DNA from: Podarcis vaucheri
Taxonomy: Eukaryota
DNA length: 64,000 nucleotides
Reading direction: 5' to 3' (one strand)
Assembly: GCA_965113315.1 (NCBI GenBank)
Contig: OZ220376.1
Of the stretch, positions 1-11,285 are shown in pieces. The notes under the pieces are model-generated. The model was not told where the DNA came from, did not search any database, and worked only from the letters and a program-made list of their open reading frames with translations. How positions within the stretch are numbered: the stretch's first letter is position 1; each line of letters starts with the position of its first letter. Position numbers and translations under genes: made by a program.

Positions 1-30
1 TGGTTTAACCCACAGCACCACCTGTGTCTC
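1..30 (-). mobile_element. Sauria SINE 5' end (truncated by window)
   Basis: tggtttaacccacagcaccacctgtgtc matches the ends of the copies at 4463 and 20394. Confidence 0.6.
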
Positions 31-266
31 ATCAGTGGAACACCACATCCAGACCCATTACCTTTAAAGCACTCCTATTCCACCTCAACAGCCATGGGGT
101 CTGTAGCTTGTTGCAGGTTCCGAGAGTTGTTTTGAGACTTTTCGCGGAGCTTCCGTTCCCAGCGCCCTTAACAAACTGCCGTTCCCGGGAATCATTGCGT
201 AGGTGGTTATTTCTGCAGAGATCTGAAATATTGCATGAAAGCTTTTCCCACATGCTCTTTCTCCAG

Positions 267-341
267 ACTGTTGTTGTGTACAACTGGCGTCGTGGCACCC
301 TGGTCAGGAGGTTCCTAGGTCATGAGCGAGAAGTTACTAAG
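267..341 (+). CDS. WDR31: WDR31-like WD40 protein, internal coding exon (first exon in window; gene starts upstream)
   Basis: ctttctccag| acceptor, AAG|gtaaac donor; encodes TVVVYNWRRGTLVRRFLGHEREVTK, resembling the human WDR31 segment [25 protein letters not shown] as I recall it; phase 0/0. Confidence 0.88.
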
Positions 342-1028
342 GTAAACGCCAGATTTTGGCTGCAAAAATGTTTTCTTTCTGCTCTTCCCCTGGCAAGCAT
401 AGACAACAGAGACCAGGACCCCATCATGTACCATCAAGCGCTAAGCGACATAAAACCTTAAGAAGGGAACGGGACACCTGGGAGGGTGTGAGAAGGCGGC
501 TGCTTTGTGTGCAAAAGGCGCTAGGTTCAGTTTCCAGTTGAAAGGCTCTCACAGAAATAAACAACTATCTGACTTTTAGCAGACATCCGAAAGCAGCCCT
601 GTATAGGGCTTTACTGTGTTTTACTGTGGATTTATAATTGTTGCATGCCACCCAGGATGACTGGGGCAACCTAGTCAGATGGGCAGCATATAAATCATTA
701 TTTATTTTTATTTTATTTATATAATATTTGTATACAGCCCTATACCTGTAGAGCTCAGGGCGGTTCACAACATGAAATTACAATATACAAAACACAAACT
801 GCATAAGAAAAATAAAAACAAAGACAACCCAATAATCCATCATCATCATCATCGTCATGGGGTGACAGCCCTCTCCCTTTTTCTGCCAGAGACCTGGGAG
901 TGTGGCCACTGCCAGTTAGAGTAGGCAGTGATAGGTGGAAAAACAGTGAGGCAGCTTCTGTGTTTTTTGAACAACCTGTGTGGAAAAGGATGGTTGTCTG
1001 AATCCACTTCTCTTCTGTTCTGCCCCAG

Positions 1029-1173
1029 GTGACCTGCCTCCCAGCCTCCAACTGGTTCTTCAGCGCTTCCCGCGATAAGACAGTGCTGATGTGGGGGTTC
1101 CAGGGGGGCTCTGGGGCAGTCCAGGGCTTCTCAGGGCATGACCTGGTGGTCACTGGTTTGGCTGTCAGCCCAG
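1029..1173 (+). CDS. WDR31: WDR31-like coding exon
   Basis: tgccccag|GTG ... CCAG|gtgagg; [48 protein letters not shown] (WD40 SASRD..W and GH motifs); 145 nt, phase 0/1. Confidence 0.92.
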
Positions 1174-1177
1174 GTGA

Positions 1178-1444
<267 letters not shown>

Positions 1445-1475
1445 TGACCTCTTAACCATTTATAGCTAAGTGGAA

Positions 1476-1512
<37 letters not shown>

Positions 1513-1532
1513 AAATGGAGTTCAGTTTATAC

Positions 1533-1793
1533 TAAGGTTACCAGATTTTTTTCAAAGAATCTGGGGACACTCTTTTTTTAAAAAAAGAGAGAAAAAAGTT
1601 ATTTTTAAAATGTTTTTTTTAAAAAAAATATTAAGAAGTACCGGTAATAGCTTTTCTGTGGTCTCCACTGTCACACGGTCTTCCTCTGGGCCCTGGCCTG
1701 CTCTCTTGGAGTGCTAGCCCTCCCAGTGCTCTCCTACCTCTCCTCCTAAGCGGCAGTGGTGCTGCAAGGTCAGGGCTCCCCTCTTTTTTTCCC

Positions 1794-1833
<40 letters not shown>

Positions 1834-2310
1834 TTCTCCTTCTCCTTTTCTCCTTCTCCCTGCGTCGGCTCCGGGGTTTTCCTGGCCCCGGAGCACCACT
1901 GGGCAGTTGGCCGGGTGCTCTTGCTCCCGACTGAATTTGGGTCACGGGGGTGTGTGTGTCAGTGGTTCCCCCAGTTGACGCGCCGGGTGTCCCCAGTTCC
2001 CGCTTGGCAGTGGCAGTCTCAGCAGCCCGGAGCCAGCCTAGTAGCGCAGTTGGCTCTGGCTGGCTTCAGGAGCTGCTCACTGCCATGGCGCCCGCCATTT
2101 TGCCTTGCTGGAAGTCCCCATATGATGTGTCTTGTTCCGTTGAACCAATCACGCAACATTCATTCCCTACTAATAAATCTACAACATTTAAAATATAAAT
2201 CCAGGGTCATTAAATGAAATCCGGGGACATTCTGGGGACAAATTTTGTCTGGGGACAGATATGTAAATCCAGGGACTTTCCCTAGGAAATGGGGACATCT
2301 GGTAACCATA
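1533..2310. mobile_element. Non-autonomous hAT-type DNA transposon (778 bp)
   Basis: TIRs taaggttaccagat / atctggtaaccata; 8-bp TSD gtttatac/gtttataa; internal (CT)n and GC-rich segment. Confidence 0.7.
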
Positions 2311-2671
2311 GTTTATAATGAAAATAAAATACCTGCACCAAATGAAGGAAACGGTGAAGTTGGTATATGAAGTCCTTCCTATAATTTTGAAGGAAATGTA
2401 ACCAATCCACTTTAAATTATTTAATTGCAATGTTTCAGCAGCCACCAATTTTTTAAAGGAAAGGTGTGGAGTGTTTATTCCTTTATTGTAAATAGAGCCT
2501 TGTACTGTCTGCCCACTGAATGCAACGGAGCTTACTCTCAGGTAACTGGGTAAAGACTAGGCAGCCTTATACTGCAATCCAAATCATTTTTGCTCAGAGC
2601 TCAGTCCCACTGAGTTCAATAGGATTTACTCCTTGGTATGTTCCTGATCATTCTCACAGTTTCTTCTTCTT

Positions 2672-2672
2672 C

Positions 2673-2720
<48 letters not shown>
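2672..2720. repeat. (TTA)n microsatellite (others: (GT)n 1481-1509, (CT)n about 1797-1830, (TTA)n about 24445-24477, (CA)n about 54797-54834)
   Basis: Direct reading. Confidence 0.95.
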
Positions 2721-3542
2721 TCCCACCTTTTCCCCTGACAGGGACTCAAGGCAGCTTACAGTTAAAAAAATAATTTCATTCTATTTATCTTTGGAAGGCG
2801 TTGTACACAATCCCTTCCCTCACACATTATTTCTATACAACAGTCCTGTGAGATAGGTTTGGTGGAAAGGTTGTAATTGGCTCAAGGTGACCGATGTAGA
2901 TGTGTATATGACATCTATGTGTGCGGCGAGATCAAACGCCGGAGAAACTTCCTGATGTAGAATAGGGTGTCCCTATTTTCATCAGAGACATGTTGGAGCT
3001 TATGATGTTTATTCCCTGTTTTGGGCTTTCTTACATACGTCTGACTGGCTTTTGTCAGAAAGTGGTCTGGATGAAAGCTTGGTCCCATTTCATGTGGGCT
3101 TCTCTGAAATTCTAAGGGCATTCTGAGCTGTGCTGATATTGCTGAGACCGCAAACTAGGTTGTTTTAAAAACAATAGATGCTCGTGAAATCCTCTGCTTT
3201 CCGTAATTTAACCTTGAAGGAGTAGGCTTTGGAACTTGGTTATCACTCTTCACTCCACACACTGATATGGGCCTGCCTTTTTCCCCCAGGGGAGATTATT
3301 TTGTTTTGGGTTCAAGAAGCTGTACCTCTCTGTTTGATTTTTAATTTTGTTGTTATTATTTTTTAATACGATTTTCATAATGTATTATAATAAAGAAAAA
3401 CAAACCAATCTAAACAGAAACAAAGGAGGGAGAGAGAGGGGGAGAGAGGGAGGGAGGGCGAGATGAAAGAAAGAAAGAAAGAAAGAAAACAAAGTCCTCT
3501 TTCACGTGTAAATCTTAACTTGTCCCACACAGAGAAAGGTGA

Positions 3543-3803
<261 letters not shown>

Positions 3804-4105
3804 TGAACCCAACTTTCTGAAAATTTTGCTTTTGAAATTTGAGCTGCGGGGTTCATCGGCACAGGAGCCCTTGGAGCTGGTGGGTGTAGCAGACCTTGCA
3901 GTTCTTGCCAAAACTCGTGCTGGGGGGGGGCGGCTTTCCCTGTGTACACCTGGTGGGGCTAAGCTTTCCTCTGTAGCAGAGCTGAGCCCCAGGACTACCA
4001 CAAGATGTAGTGATGGAAACAGTTTATTTGCTGCAGTGGAATACAGACAAATAAAAAACATCTTTATAGCTGAACTTCTCCCCATCCAAAAGCTTTTTTT
4101 ATCTG

Positions 4106-4463
4106 TAAGGTAAAGGGTAAAGGGACCCCTGACCATTAGGTCCAGTCATGACCGACTCTGGGGTTGTGGCGCTCATCTCGCTTTATTGGCCGAGGGAGCC
4201 GGCGTACAGCTTCCGGGTCATATGGCCAGCATGACTAAGCTGCTTCTGGCAAACCAGAGCAGCACACGGAAACGCCGTTTACCTTCCTGCCAGAGCGGTA
4301 CCTATTTATCTACTTGCACTCTGACGTGCTTTTGAACTGCTAGGTTGGCAGGAGCAGGGACCGAGCAATGGGAGCTCACCCTGTTGCGGGGATTCGAACC
4401 GCCAGCCTTCTGATCGGCAAGTCCTAGGCTCTGTGGTTTAACCCACAGCGCCACCCGCATCCC
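4106..4463 (-). mobile_element. Sauria SINE, full length
   Basis: (ACCTTT)n tail, diagnostic body (gggacccctgaccattaggtccag...tttaccttcc...ctacttgcac), tRNA-like head; approximate TSD tttttttatctgta/tttttttaccttta. Confidence 0.9.
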
Positions 4464-4926
4464 TTTTTTTACCTTTAGCGGTTAAAATCTGTTTTGATTT
4501 TTTAAATATGTTTATGTTTGTAATTAGCAAAATATTCTCTGTGTGTGTGTGATCCAAATCCCCAAGCATCTAACCGGCAAATCCCACTAGGTAACTACTG
4601 TAAACACTTTTGGGGTATCAATAACAAAGCTCATCTATTCTGACTAAGTCAAACTGAGCTGGTCCATAGGCTGCAAGGGTTGTTGTTGTTGTTGTTGTTG
4701 TTACATGCCCCAAACCTTTCACTGCCTTGTGCAAAAGTCTTTTTTTTATTGCCAGAGGTTATACTGGGGAAGAAAGATAAATATAAAATGAGAATAAAAT
4801 CGCATCCCAGTCATTTTAATCTGTTTTGGTGCTGCTCAAGACTGAAGGGCAGTGGGCGGCCTCTAGCCAGACCTCTCGGGCCGCTTTGGTGGGACAAAAT
4901 GTCTTTGGGTCAGCCGGCCACCTTGA

Positions 4927-5121
<195 letters not shown>

Positions 5122-5635
5122 TGAGGTGGGAGTGCTGAGCAGTGGTGGTGGTGGGGAGCTTGAACCGTAGAACTGGAGAGGGGGAGACAGGACCCAAAGG
5201 GTCATCTTCCTAGCCCAGCCCCCCACCGAGCCTCCCTCTTGGCTCCGTAAAGGGTCTCTCGATATGGCAAACTTCCAAAACAACCCGCAATGTAGCCACC
5301 TTTGCTTCCTCAAAACTATCCTGCTCATTGGCGAGGATTCCGGTGTCAGGGTTGGAGCCAGACGCACAAAGAGTATAAATTTGTTGCGTAGCTTCCAATG
5401 GCCTGGTCATTGTTTGTTTTAACACTTTCCCTCATCAGTGAAAAGAGAGGGAGAGAGTCCCCTCACTTAGGCTTCCAAACCTAAAAAGACAGGGCGGACG
5501 ACGTCAGTGGGAAAACGGCTTGGCAATGCCAGGCCAAAGTGGGTGGCAAGGCTGAGCTTCCTCTGAGGAAGGGAGTTGCTGCTGCTGAATTGGTGATACT
5601 TTGCAATGCGCTGGTGCCTTTTTCCTTTTGTTGTA

Positions 5636-5696
5636 CAGTGGTACCTCGGGTTAAGTACTTAATTCGTTCTGGAGGTCTGTTCTTAACCTGAAACTG
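5636..5696. mobile_element. Tc1/mariner (Tigger/pogo-like) MITE, truncated
   Basis: ta|cagtggtacctcgggttaagtacttaattcg, one end only. Confidence 0.75.
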
Positions 5697-5865
5697 ATGA
5701 ATTTGGATTGCTAAATGGATGACTGTTTATGCTCCCAGAAATTTTTGAAAATGTTTATATTCTGTCCCTGTCTCTCTTAATCACTTGCTTTTTGTTGATT
5801 GATAAGATGGTTTGCAACACAAAAAGTGTTTCATTTAAATAACAACAGGAAGGCAAAGGTATATA

Positions 5866-5879
5866 CAGTGGTACTTCGG

Positions 5880-5912
<33 letters not shown>

Positions 5913-6378
5913 TTATTATTTATACCCCGCCCATCTGGCTGGGCTTCCCCAGCCACTCTGGGCGGCTTCCAAAAGAATATTAAAATACTATAATACATCA
6001 AACATTAAAAGCTTCCCGAAACAGGGCTGCCTTCAGATGTCTTCTAAAAGCCTGGTAGTTGTTGTTCTCTTTGACATCTGGTGGGAGGGCATTCCACAGG
6101 GCGGGCGCCACTACCGAGAAGGCCCTCTGCCTGGTTCCCTGTAACTTGGCTAAGTTAACTTAACTTGGTTAAGTACTTAATTCGTTCCGGAGGGCCGTTC
6201 TTAGCCTTAAACTCTTCTTAACCTGAAGCACCACTTTAGCTAATGGGGCCTCCTGCTACTGCCGCGCCGCCGGAGCACAATTTCTGTTCTCAACCTGAAG
6301 CAAAGTTCTTAACCTGAAGCACTATTTCTGGGTTAGCGGAGTCTGTAACCTGAAGCGTATGTAACCCGAGGTACCACT
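5866..6378. mobile_element. Tigger-like MITE interrupted by an L2-type LINE 3' fragment (about 5884-6150, minus strand, (AAT)n tail)
   Basis: MITE TIR at 5866, MITE resumes about 6167 and ends at gtaccact 6378; the insert has an L2-type 3' end. Confidence 0.8.
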
Positions 6379-6594
6379 TTATTGTGTTTTACTCATTAAA
6401 AGCTGCCTCGCAGGGGAACGTCCCTAAAGGGCACCTTAAACATCTAATTTTTAAAGGTAAATATTGCTGCTCTGATTGACGTTGGAGACCGCAGTGTGTT
6501 TTCACTCCAGCTTTGCAACAAGGAAAAGCTCAGTGGCGGAGACAGGAATGAGATTTGGGAGGGCTATGGCTTCACCACGTGCTCTTCCTTCCAG

Positions 6595-6757
6595 CTCTGG
6601 GACCTGCGGCAGGTGAAGTGCCGAGTGCGAGAGTTCTGGGGCCACTCCCAGACCACGGCATCCTGCATCTTCCTCCCTGGGGGCCTCGGGGCCTCCCCGG
6701 CCATTGCCACTTCGTCGCATGACTGCACAGTGAGAGTGTGGAGCCAGGACTCTGGAG
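6595..6757 (+). CDS. WDR31: WDR31-like coding exon
   Basis: ttccttccag|CTC ... GGAG|gtagag; LWDLRQVKCRVREFWGHSQTTASCIFLPGGLGASPAIATSSHDCTVRVWSQDSG; phase 0/1. Confidence 0.92.
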
Positions 6758-7273
6758 GTAGAGCGCTCAGCTCCTCTTGCTGGGGGAGATTTGGCTGCAA
6801 GGGCCGCCTTGCTAGATCAGCAAAGCTTGAAGGAAGCAAACACATGTTCTTTCACAGACACTTCACTTAAAGAAGTGAAGGCCTGTAGTAATGGCGGGGT
6901 GGGGGGAAAAATCTGTAATTCACATTCTCTATCTGTTAAGTCCATCTATATCTGTGCTTTGATTTTTGAAGTTTCCTATCTTGGACGGATGAAAATACTC
7001 ACTGGAAGGTGATGGGCAGAAGACAAAGGCCCCTTTGTGAGGGGCAGGGTAGAGAGGATCTCACAGGGTGGGGAGACTGAGGGAAGAGGGGGAAGCTGCC
7101 AGGTGAGAGATGGGAGAGCTCATTTTTCTGTGTGTGGAATAAGGGTTAAGATATCATTGTGATAGAAGGCCTGGTATTTCTTTTATTTTCTTTTTTCTTC
7201 TTTATTTTCTTCTGATGCTTATTCTTGCTTCTTTCCTATTTGCCTTCTTTAGATTAGTTTGGCTTTTATTGTA

Positions 7274-7511
7274 CATACCTCATGTTACGTTTTTTTATGT
7301 TGCCTCCCGCGGCAACCCGGAAGTACTGGAAAGGGTTACTTCCAGGTTTTGCCGCTCGCGCATGCGCAGTAGCGCTAAATCACACTTTGCGCATGTGCAC
7401 AAGCGCCAAATCACACCACACACCTGGGCAGATATGGTGCTTCAGGTTGCGGGCCTTTCATGTTGTGAACGGGCCTCCAGAACGGATCCCGTTCGCAACC
7501 AGAGGTTGCTG
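7274..7511. mobile_element. Degenerate Tc1/mariner-type MITE (second family)
   Basis: Decayed termini (tacctcatgttacg ... cgcaaccagagg..ctgta); internal gcgcatgcgc repeats. Confidence 0.5.
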
Positions 7512-7675
7512 TATAGTATGTTGTATAGTATGTTGAAAATTCTTAATAAAATTGATAAAAAGGAACCAACAACAACAACAAAAACCCTAATGTGCAGTCC
7601 GAGGTGTATGTGTGTGTTCCAAACAAGGAACTTGAGGATTTGCACGAGGTATAGAGGAGGGTATGACTGAACCCT

Positions 7676-7900
7676 GCATAATTTTACCATGCACAATGTT
7701 ACACACTTTTATAATGCCCTCCCCTTACTTGCCTTTTCTTGAAATGAAAAAGTCCCAAATGCTGCAAGCTTTCCTCACAGGGGAGTCTTTCAACCCCCTT
7801 GGTCTTTTTGGGCACACTTTTCTGTGCCTCTCCCAGTTCTAAAATATTCTTTGTAAGGTCAGGTGAGGTGACTAGAACTGGAGACAGTATTCCTAGTGTG
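7676..7900 (-). mobile_element. CR1 LINE ORF2 fragment
   Basis: Minus translation ...GVERLPCEESLQHLGLFHFKKRQVRG resembles the CR1 ORF2 C-terminus. Confidence 0.65.
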
Positions 7901-8139
7901 AATTTTTTTTGGGGGGGGGTTCCCTGACTGGCTAGCCTTGCAGCACCGCATCTCATTTCCATGCCGTGACAAGCTTCACCTGTTGAATTTCCACTTTTGG
8001 GGTGGCTGTTTGCATAGCCAACCCAAACATTTTGTTGGGCATGTGAAGCAAAGCTGGCCTGACCCTCTACCGAGAGAGGACGAAGGCAGATATTCTCTCC
8101 CCGAACACCAACTGACTGCCTCTTTCTTTCTTCTCCTAG

Positions 8140-8300
8140 CCTGTGTGGCTACTGCCTGCCTTGAAGGAGCCGGGGCTCTGCCTTCGCTGGCCGCCTTCGA
8201 GAGCGGCTCACTCCTTTGCGCCAGCTCCAACTCAGGGATTCACTTGCTGAAGTTTAGCTCTGCAAAAGGAACTGACCTCCAAGAAGTGGCCAAGTTCTGA
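8140..8300 (+). CDS. WDR31: WDR31-like terminal coding exon (stop TGA 8298-8300)
   Basis: ttctcctag|CC; (A)CVATACLEGAGALPSLAAFESGSLLCASSNSGIHLLKFSSAKGTDLQEVAKF*, resembling the WDR31 C-terminus (SLLCAS..GIHLL..LQEVA.F). Confidence 0.9.
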
Positions 8301-9865
8301 ACCCCAGAAACCAGCTTCCATGTGGCGTTGGGGAGCAGCCTTCATGGGGCTATTTGGCTGAAAGCCTTCCATGCTGCTGTGTCAGGGAAGAAGGAAGTGG
8401 CACACAGATGGGGGTGCCCGACCGGAAGACTTCAGAGGAGCTGCAGCAAAAGGACACGGGATCTGAGCCCTGCTAGCAAAATTGTAGCTCTGCTTAATGG
8501 GTTTAGCCACACCCAGGTGTATAAATGAGAAAGGAATGGACAGTGGAGCTCCTAAAGTGCCCTTCGCTCACTATTGTGTGGGGAAGATGGACCAGATTTT
8601 GTAGAAGCGCTTCGTGTTTGTGCATTTGTCATGTCCTGTATCTGAGCCAGTTTTTAAAATATATCTATATATTTATAATTCCAGTAGTTCTCAGGGCATG
8701 CACATAAGTGTTTATTCACACACACATACCCCAATTTTATTTTATTTTTGAAAAATCTCACTCTTCAGACCCAAAAATTTCCCAGAACAGCTTGTGGATC
8801 ACAACAAACAAAACAGTCACTGCCCCTCAGGGTTACAGTTCTTAAAGGCATGGCATAAAAGGAAAACAGATTTGGGAGGGAGGAGGAAAGAAGCAAGTTC
8901 AAGTTCTTAATGGCAAGTTCTTCTAATAACCCGCGAGCGTAGGGAAAGCTCAAGGGCAGGAGACAGAGCCGCAAATTGCTCCCTCCTCTTCCCTCCTACA
9001 GACCATGCAAGTTGGCACCCATCTGTGGTGGCCACATGGCCCCTGCCTGCCTCCACCTCTCTGCAGCCTTGCCTGGACTCTGTGAAAGGAACGAGGCATG
9101 TGTGTGGCAGTGAGGAAATGCTTTCTTCCAAGGTCTTTCTGTGCGAGGTCGCTGCCGCAGTTTGCTGTTGCAGCCGCAGGAAAGCTCTTGTAAACGTTGA
9201 CCTGCAAACTTCTGTGGCTCAGGACCCCCAGCCATAGCTTGGTCTTTCCTCAGAGCCTGGAGCTGCAGGGAGGTGGCCACCTGAGATGGGAGACGCATTT
9301 GGCACCCATGGGTGTCTGCACGCCACTCCTAGGCAAGTGGCCCACACATGGAGGGACAGGACACAGTAACTCAAGGCAGGGAGGAGTCCTTTGGGCTGGC
9401 AGCTGCTGACAGGCCTGTTTCTAGCCCTCATGGTGGAAAAGGGTTAAAACAAGTGGGAAGGAGGTGGAAGGACTGAAGAGGCTGGAGGGGGTGGCTTGAG
9501 CTTAACTTCCAGCAGCCTGAGGTGAGGGGCCCAGGCTGGAGGGTCCTGCAGTTTTGACGCCACCACAGAATCACAGAAAAACACACAATCTGCCTGTTTC
9601 CACAGACTGCAGAATCCAGTGTTTTTTGGTAGATTTTAAAATGTGCCTCTTTTTGTTCCTCTGGTCCACTTGCCTCTGTAGGGCAAAGTGTTCACTTAAC
9701 CTGCTTAATCTTAAACTTCACCACTCACTTATAATGAGAGAGAGAGAGAGATGTGCTTATTTGCATATGCAAATAGCCACCTTACCCAAAGCAAGTGATC
9801 AGCCTTGCACTGTAGCTGATAGAAGGCAGCCAACCAAGCCCAGCTCAGCACTGCAACCTCCAGCA

Positions 9866-10504
9866 TCAGCGCTGCAATCCGAACATTAGGGCTGTGGACA
9901 GCAAGAGCCCCAAGACCATCAGGGCAGTGGCACAGAATAGTCCAGGATAGTGGTCCCACAAGAGGCAGCACGTTTCCCAGCATCTGGATACGGGGTGGGC
10001 GACAACGAGCTCCCTGGGGTCAGACCCTCGGGGCGCGGCAGCCTTTAGCAATTCCAGGGTCACAAGCACCGCAAAGGCCTCTTCTTCTTTGGCATTCCCT
10101 GGCAGCTTCCTGCGCCAGCACAGACGGAAGCCGTCCAGCCAGACCTCCTGCACCTCCCTCATCCACGGGGGGAACTGCTGGACGATGTCCATGTTGACTG
10201 GAAGCCTGGGGACTCCTCCACAGGGTAAGGGGACGCTCCCCCTGCAGAGCGGGCACTGGAAGCTCTGGCTTGACTTGAGGAAGACGCACAGCCTGGCCAG
10301 CCACTCCAAGCAGAAGGTGTGGGAGCAAGGCAGGAGGCGAGGGGCCCTGAAGACATTGTCGAAGGAGAGGTAGCAAATGGGGCACTCCGCTGCAGGTGCC
10401 CCTTCTTCCACTGTTCGGCTTGCAGCGGTAGGAGAAGGGTCCGTCGCTTCCGCCTGCCCCTGGCCAGAACGGGAGCCACTTTCCACAGAATTCAGAACCT
10501 CCAT
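9866..10504 (-). CDS. Single-exon RING-HC protein with C-terminal transmembrane anchor, RNF183/RNF186/RNF223/RNF225 family (212 aa from ATG 10504)
   Basis: CPIC-YLSFDNVFRAPRLLP-CSH-TF-CLEW-LARL...CPLCR RING; hydrophobic tail GLFCATALMVLGLLLSTALMFGL; the FDNVF..P.LL.C.H.FC signature fits the RNF183 family. The ORF track starts at GTG 10522, but the first in-frame ATG is 10504. Confidence 0.85.
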   Translation of the reverse strand: MEVLNSVESGSRSGQGQAEATDPSPTAASRTVEEGAPAAECPICYLSFDNVFRAPRLLPCSHTFCLEWLARLCVFLKSSQSFQCPLCRGSVPLPCGGVPRLPVNMDIVQQFPPWMREVQEVWLDGFRLCWRRKLPGNAKEEEAFAVLVTLELLKAAAPRGSDPRELVVAHPVSRCWETCCLLWDHYPGLFCATALMVLGLLLSTALMFGLQR

Positions 10505-11020
10505 AGGGATAGACTTCCCCACCTCACAGGTCCGTGATTCCTGTCTTCCTTGCTGAGGGTGGCCTCACCAACCCTAGTTTGATGATGAGCTCAGATGAGA
10601 ACCGGAGCCTCTGGAGTTTCTCATGCTGGTGGGACCCTGGCCACAAGAGTCCTCCAGGCTGCTTGAAATCCTGCGGCCACTCCAGACTCAGAGGCCACCT
10701 CTGGGAGGGAGCTCTCAGCCCTCATCCCAAGATGGGCTCCTGTGCATCTAACCAGTGAGACTGGGCAACCAGCCTTGTGTTTGACATCTTCCCTCCCTCC
10801 TGTGTGGGCAGCGAGTCCTTCTGCTTGCTTAGCAACTGGGGCTGGGCAGGGCTGGCCAGCCTGGTCTGGCAGAGCAACAGCAATGGGGGGGGGGGTATCC
10901 CTTTAAATGCTGACGCTCCCTGCATTTCTGTGTCCCTCCCAGCCATTCCACCTCTGCTGCCCAACCTGTTCTTAGCTACACACCTCCTTGAGTTATGTTT
11001 AATCTGCAAACAAAAGCTTT

Positions 11021-11285
11021 TGTTAAGTTGTGGGGGAACATATCAGACGACACAGTGATTCTTCAAACAGCTCTTGTTTATTCACAGGCCAGAACAGAAC
11101 TGGGCTGGAGGGTTCCGCCAACCTGCTTATATAGAGCTCCACTACAAAAGCAACAGTAACAACTTTCTGTAACTATCCAGTCACTGAATGTCACTTTCAA
11201 TTCCTTATTTGCATATGTGGACCTGAGTGAAAATTATCTACAGTATCCCCCTGCTGGCCCAGGGTGAGAACTTCAGTACATAACA
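11021..11285 (-). mobile_element. Solo LTR (265 bp)
   Basis: TGTTA...TAACA inverted termini; 5-bp TSD gcttt/ccttt (1 mismatch); on the minus strand, octamer (11207-11214), TATATAA (about 11127-11133) and AATAAA (11077-11082) fall in U3-R-U5 order. Confidence 0.7.

Noticed and set aside
1631-2856. ORFs with ER/SL/poly-I/poly-L runs
   Set aside because: Translations of (CT)n and (TTA)n microsatellites and a hAT element interior
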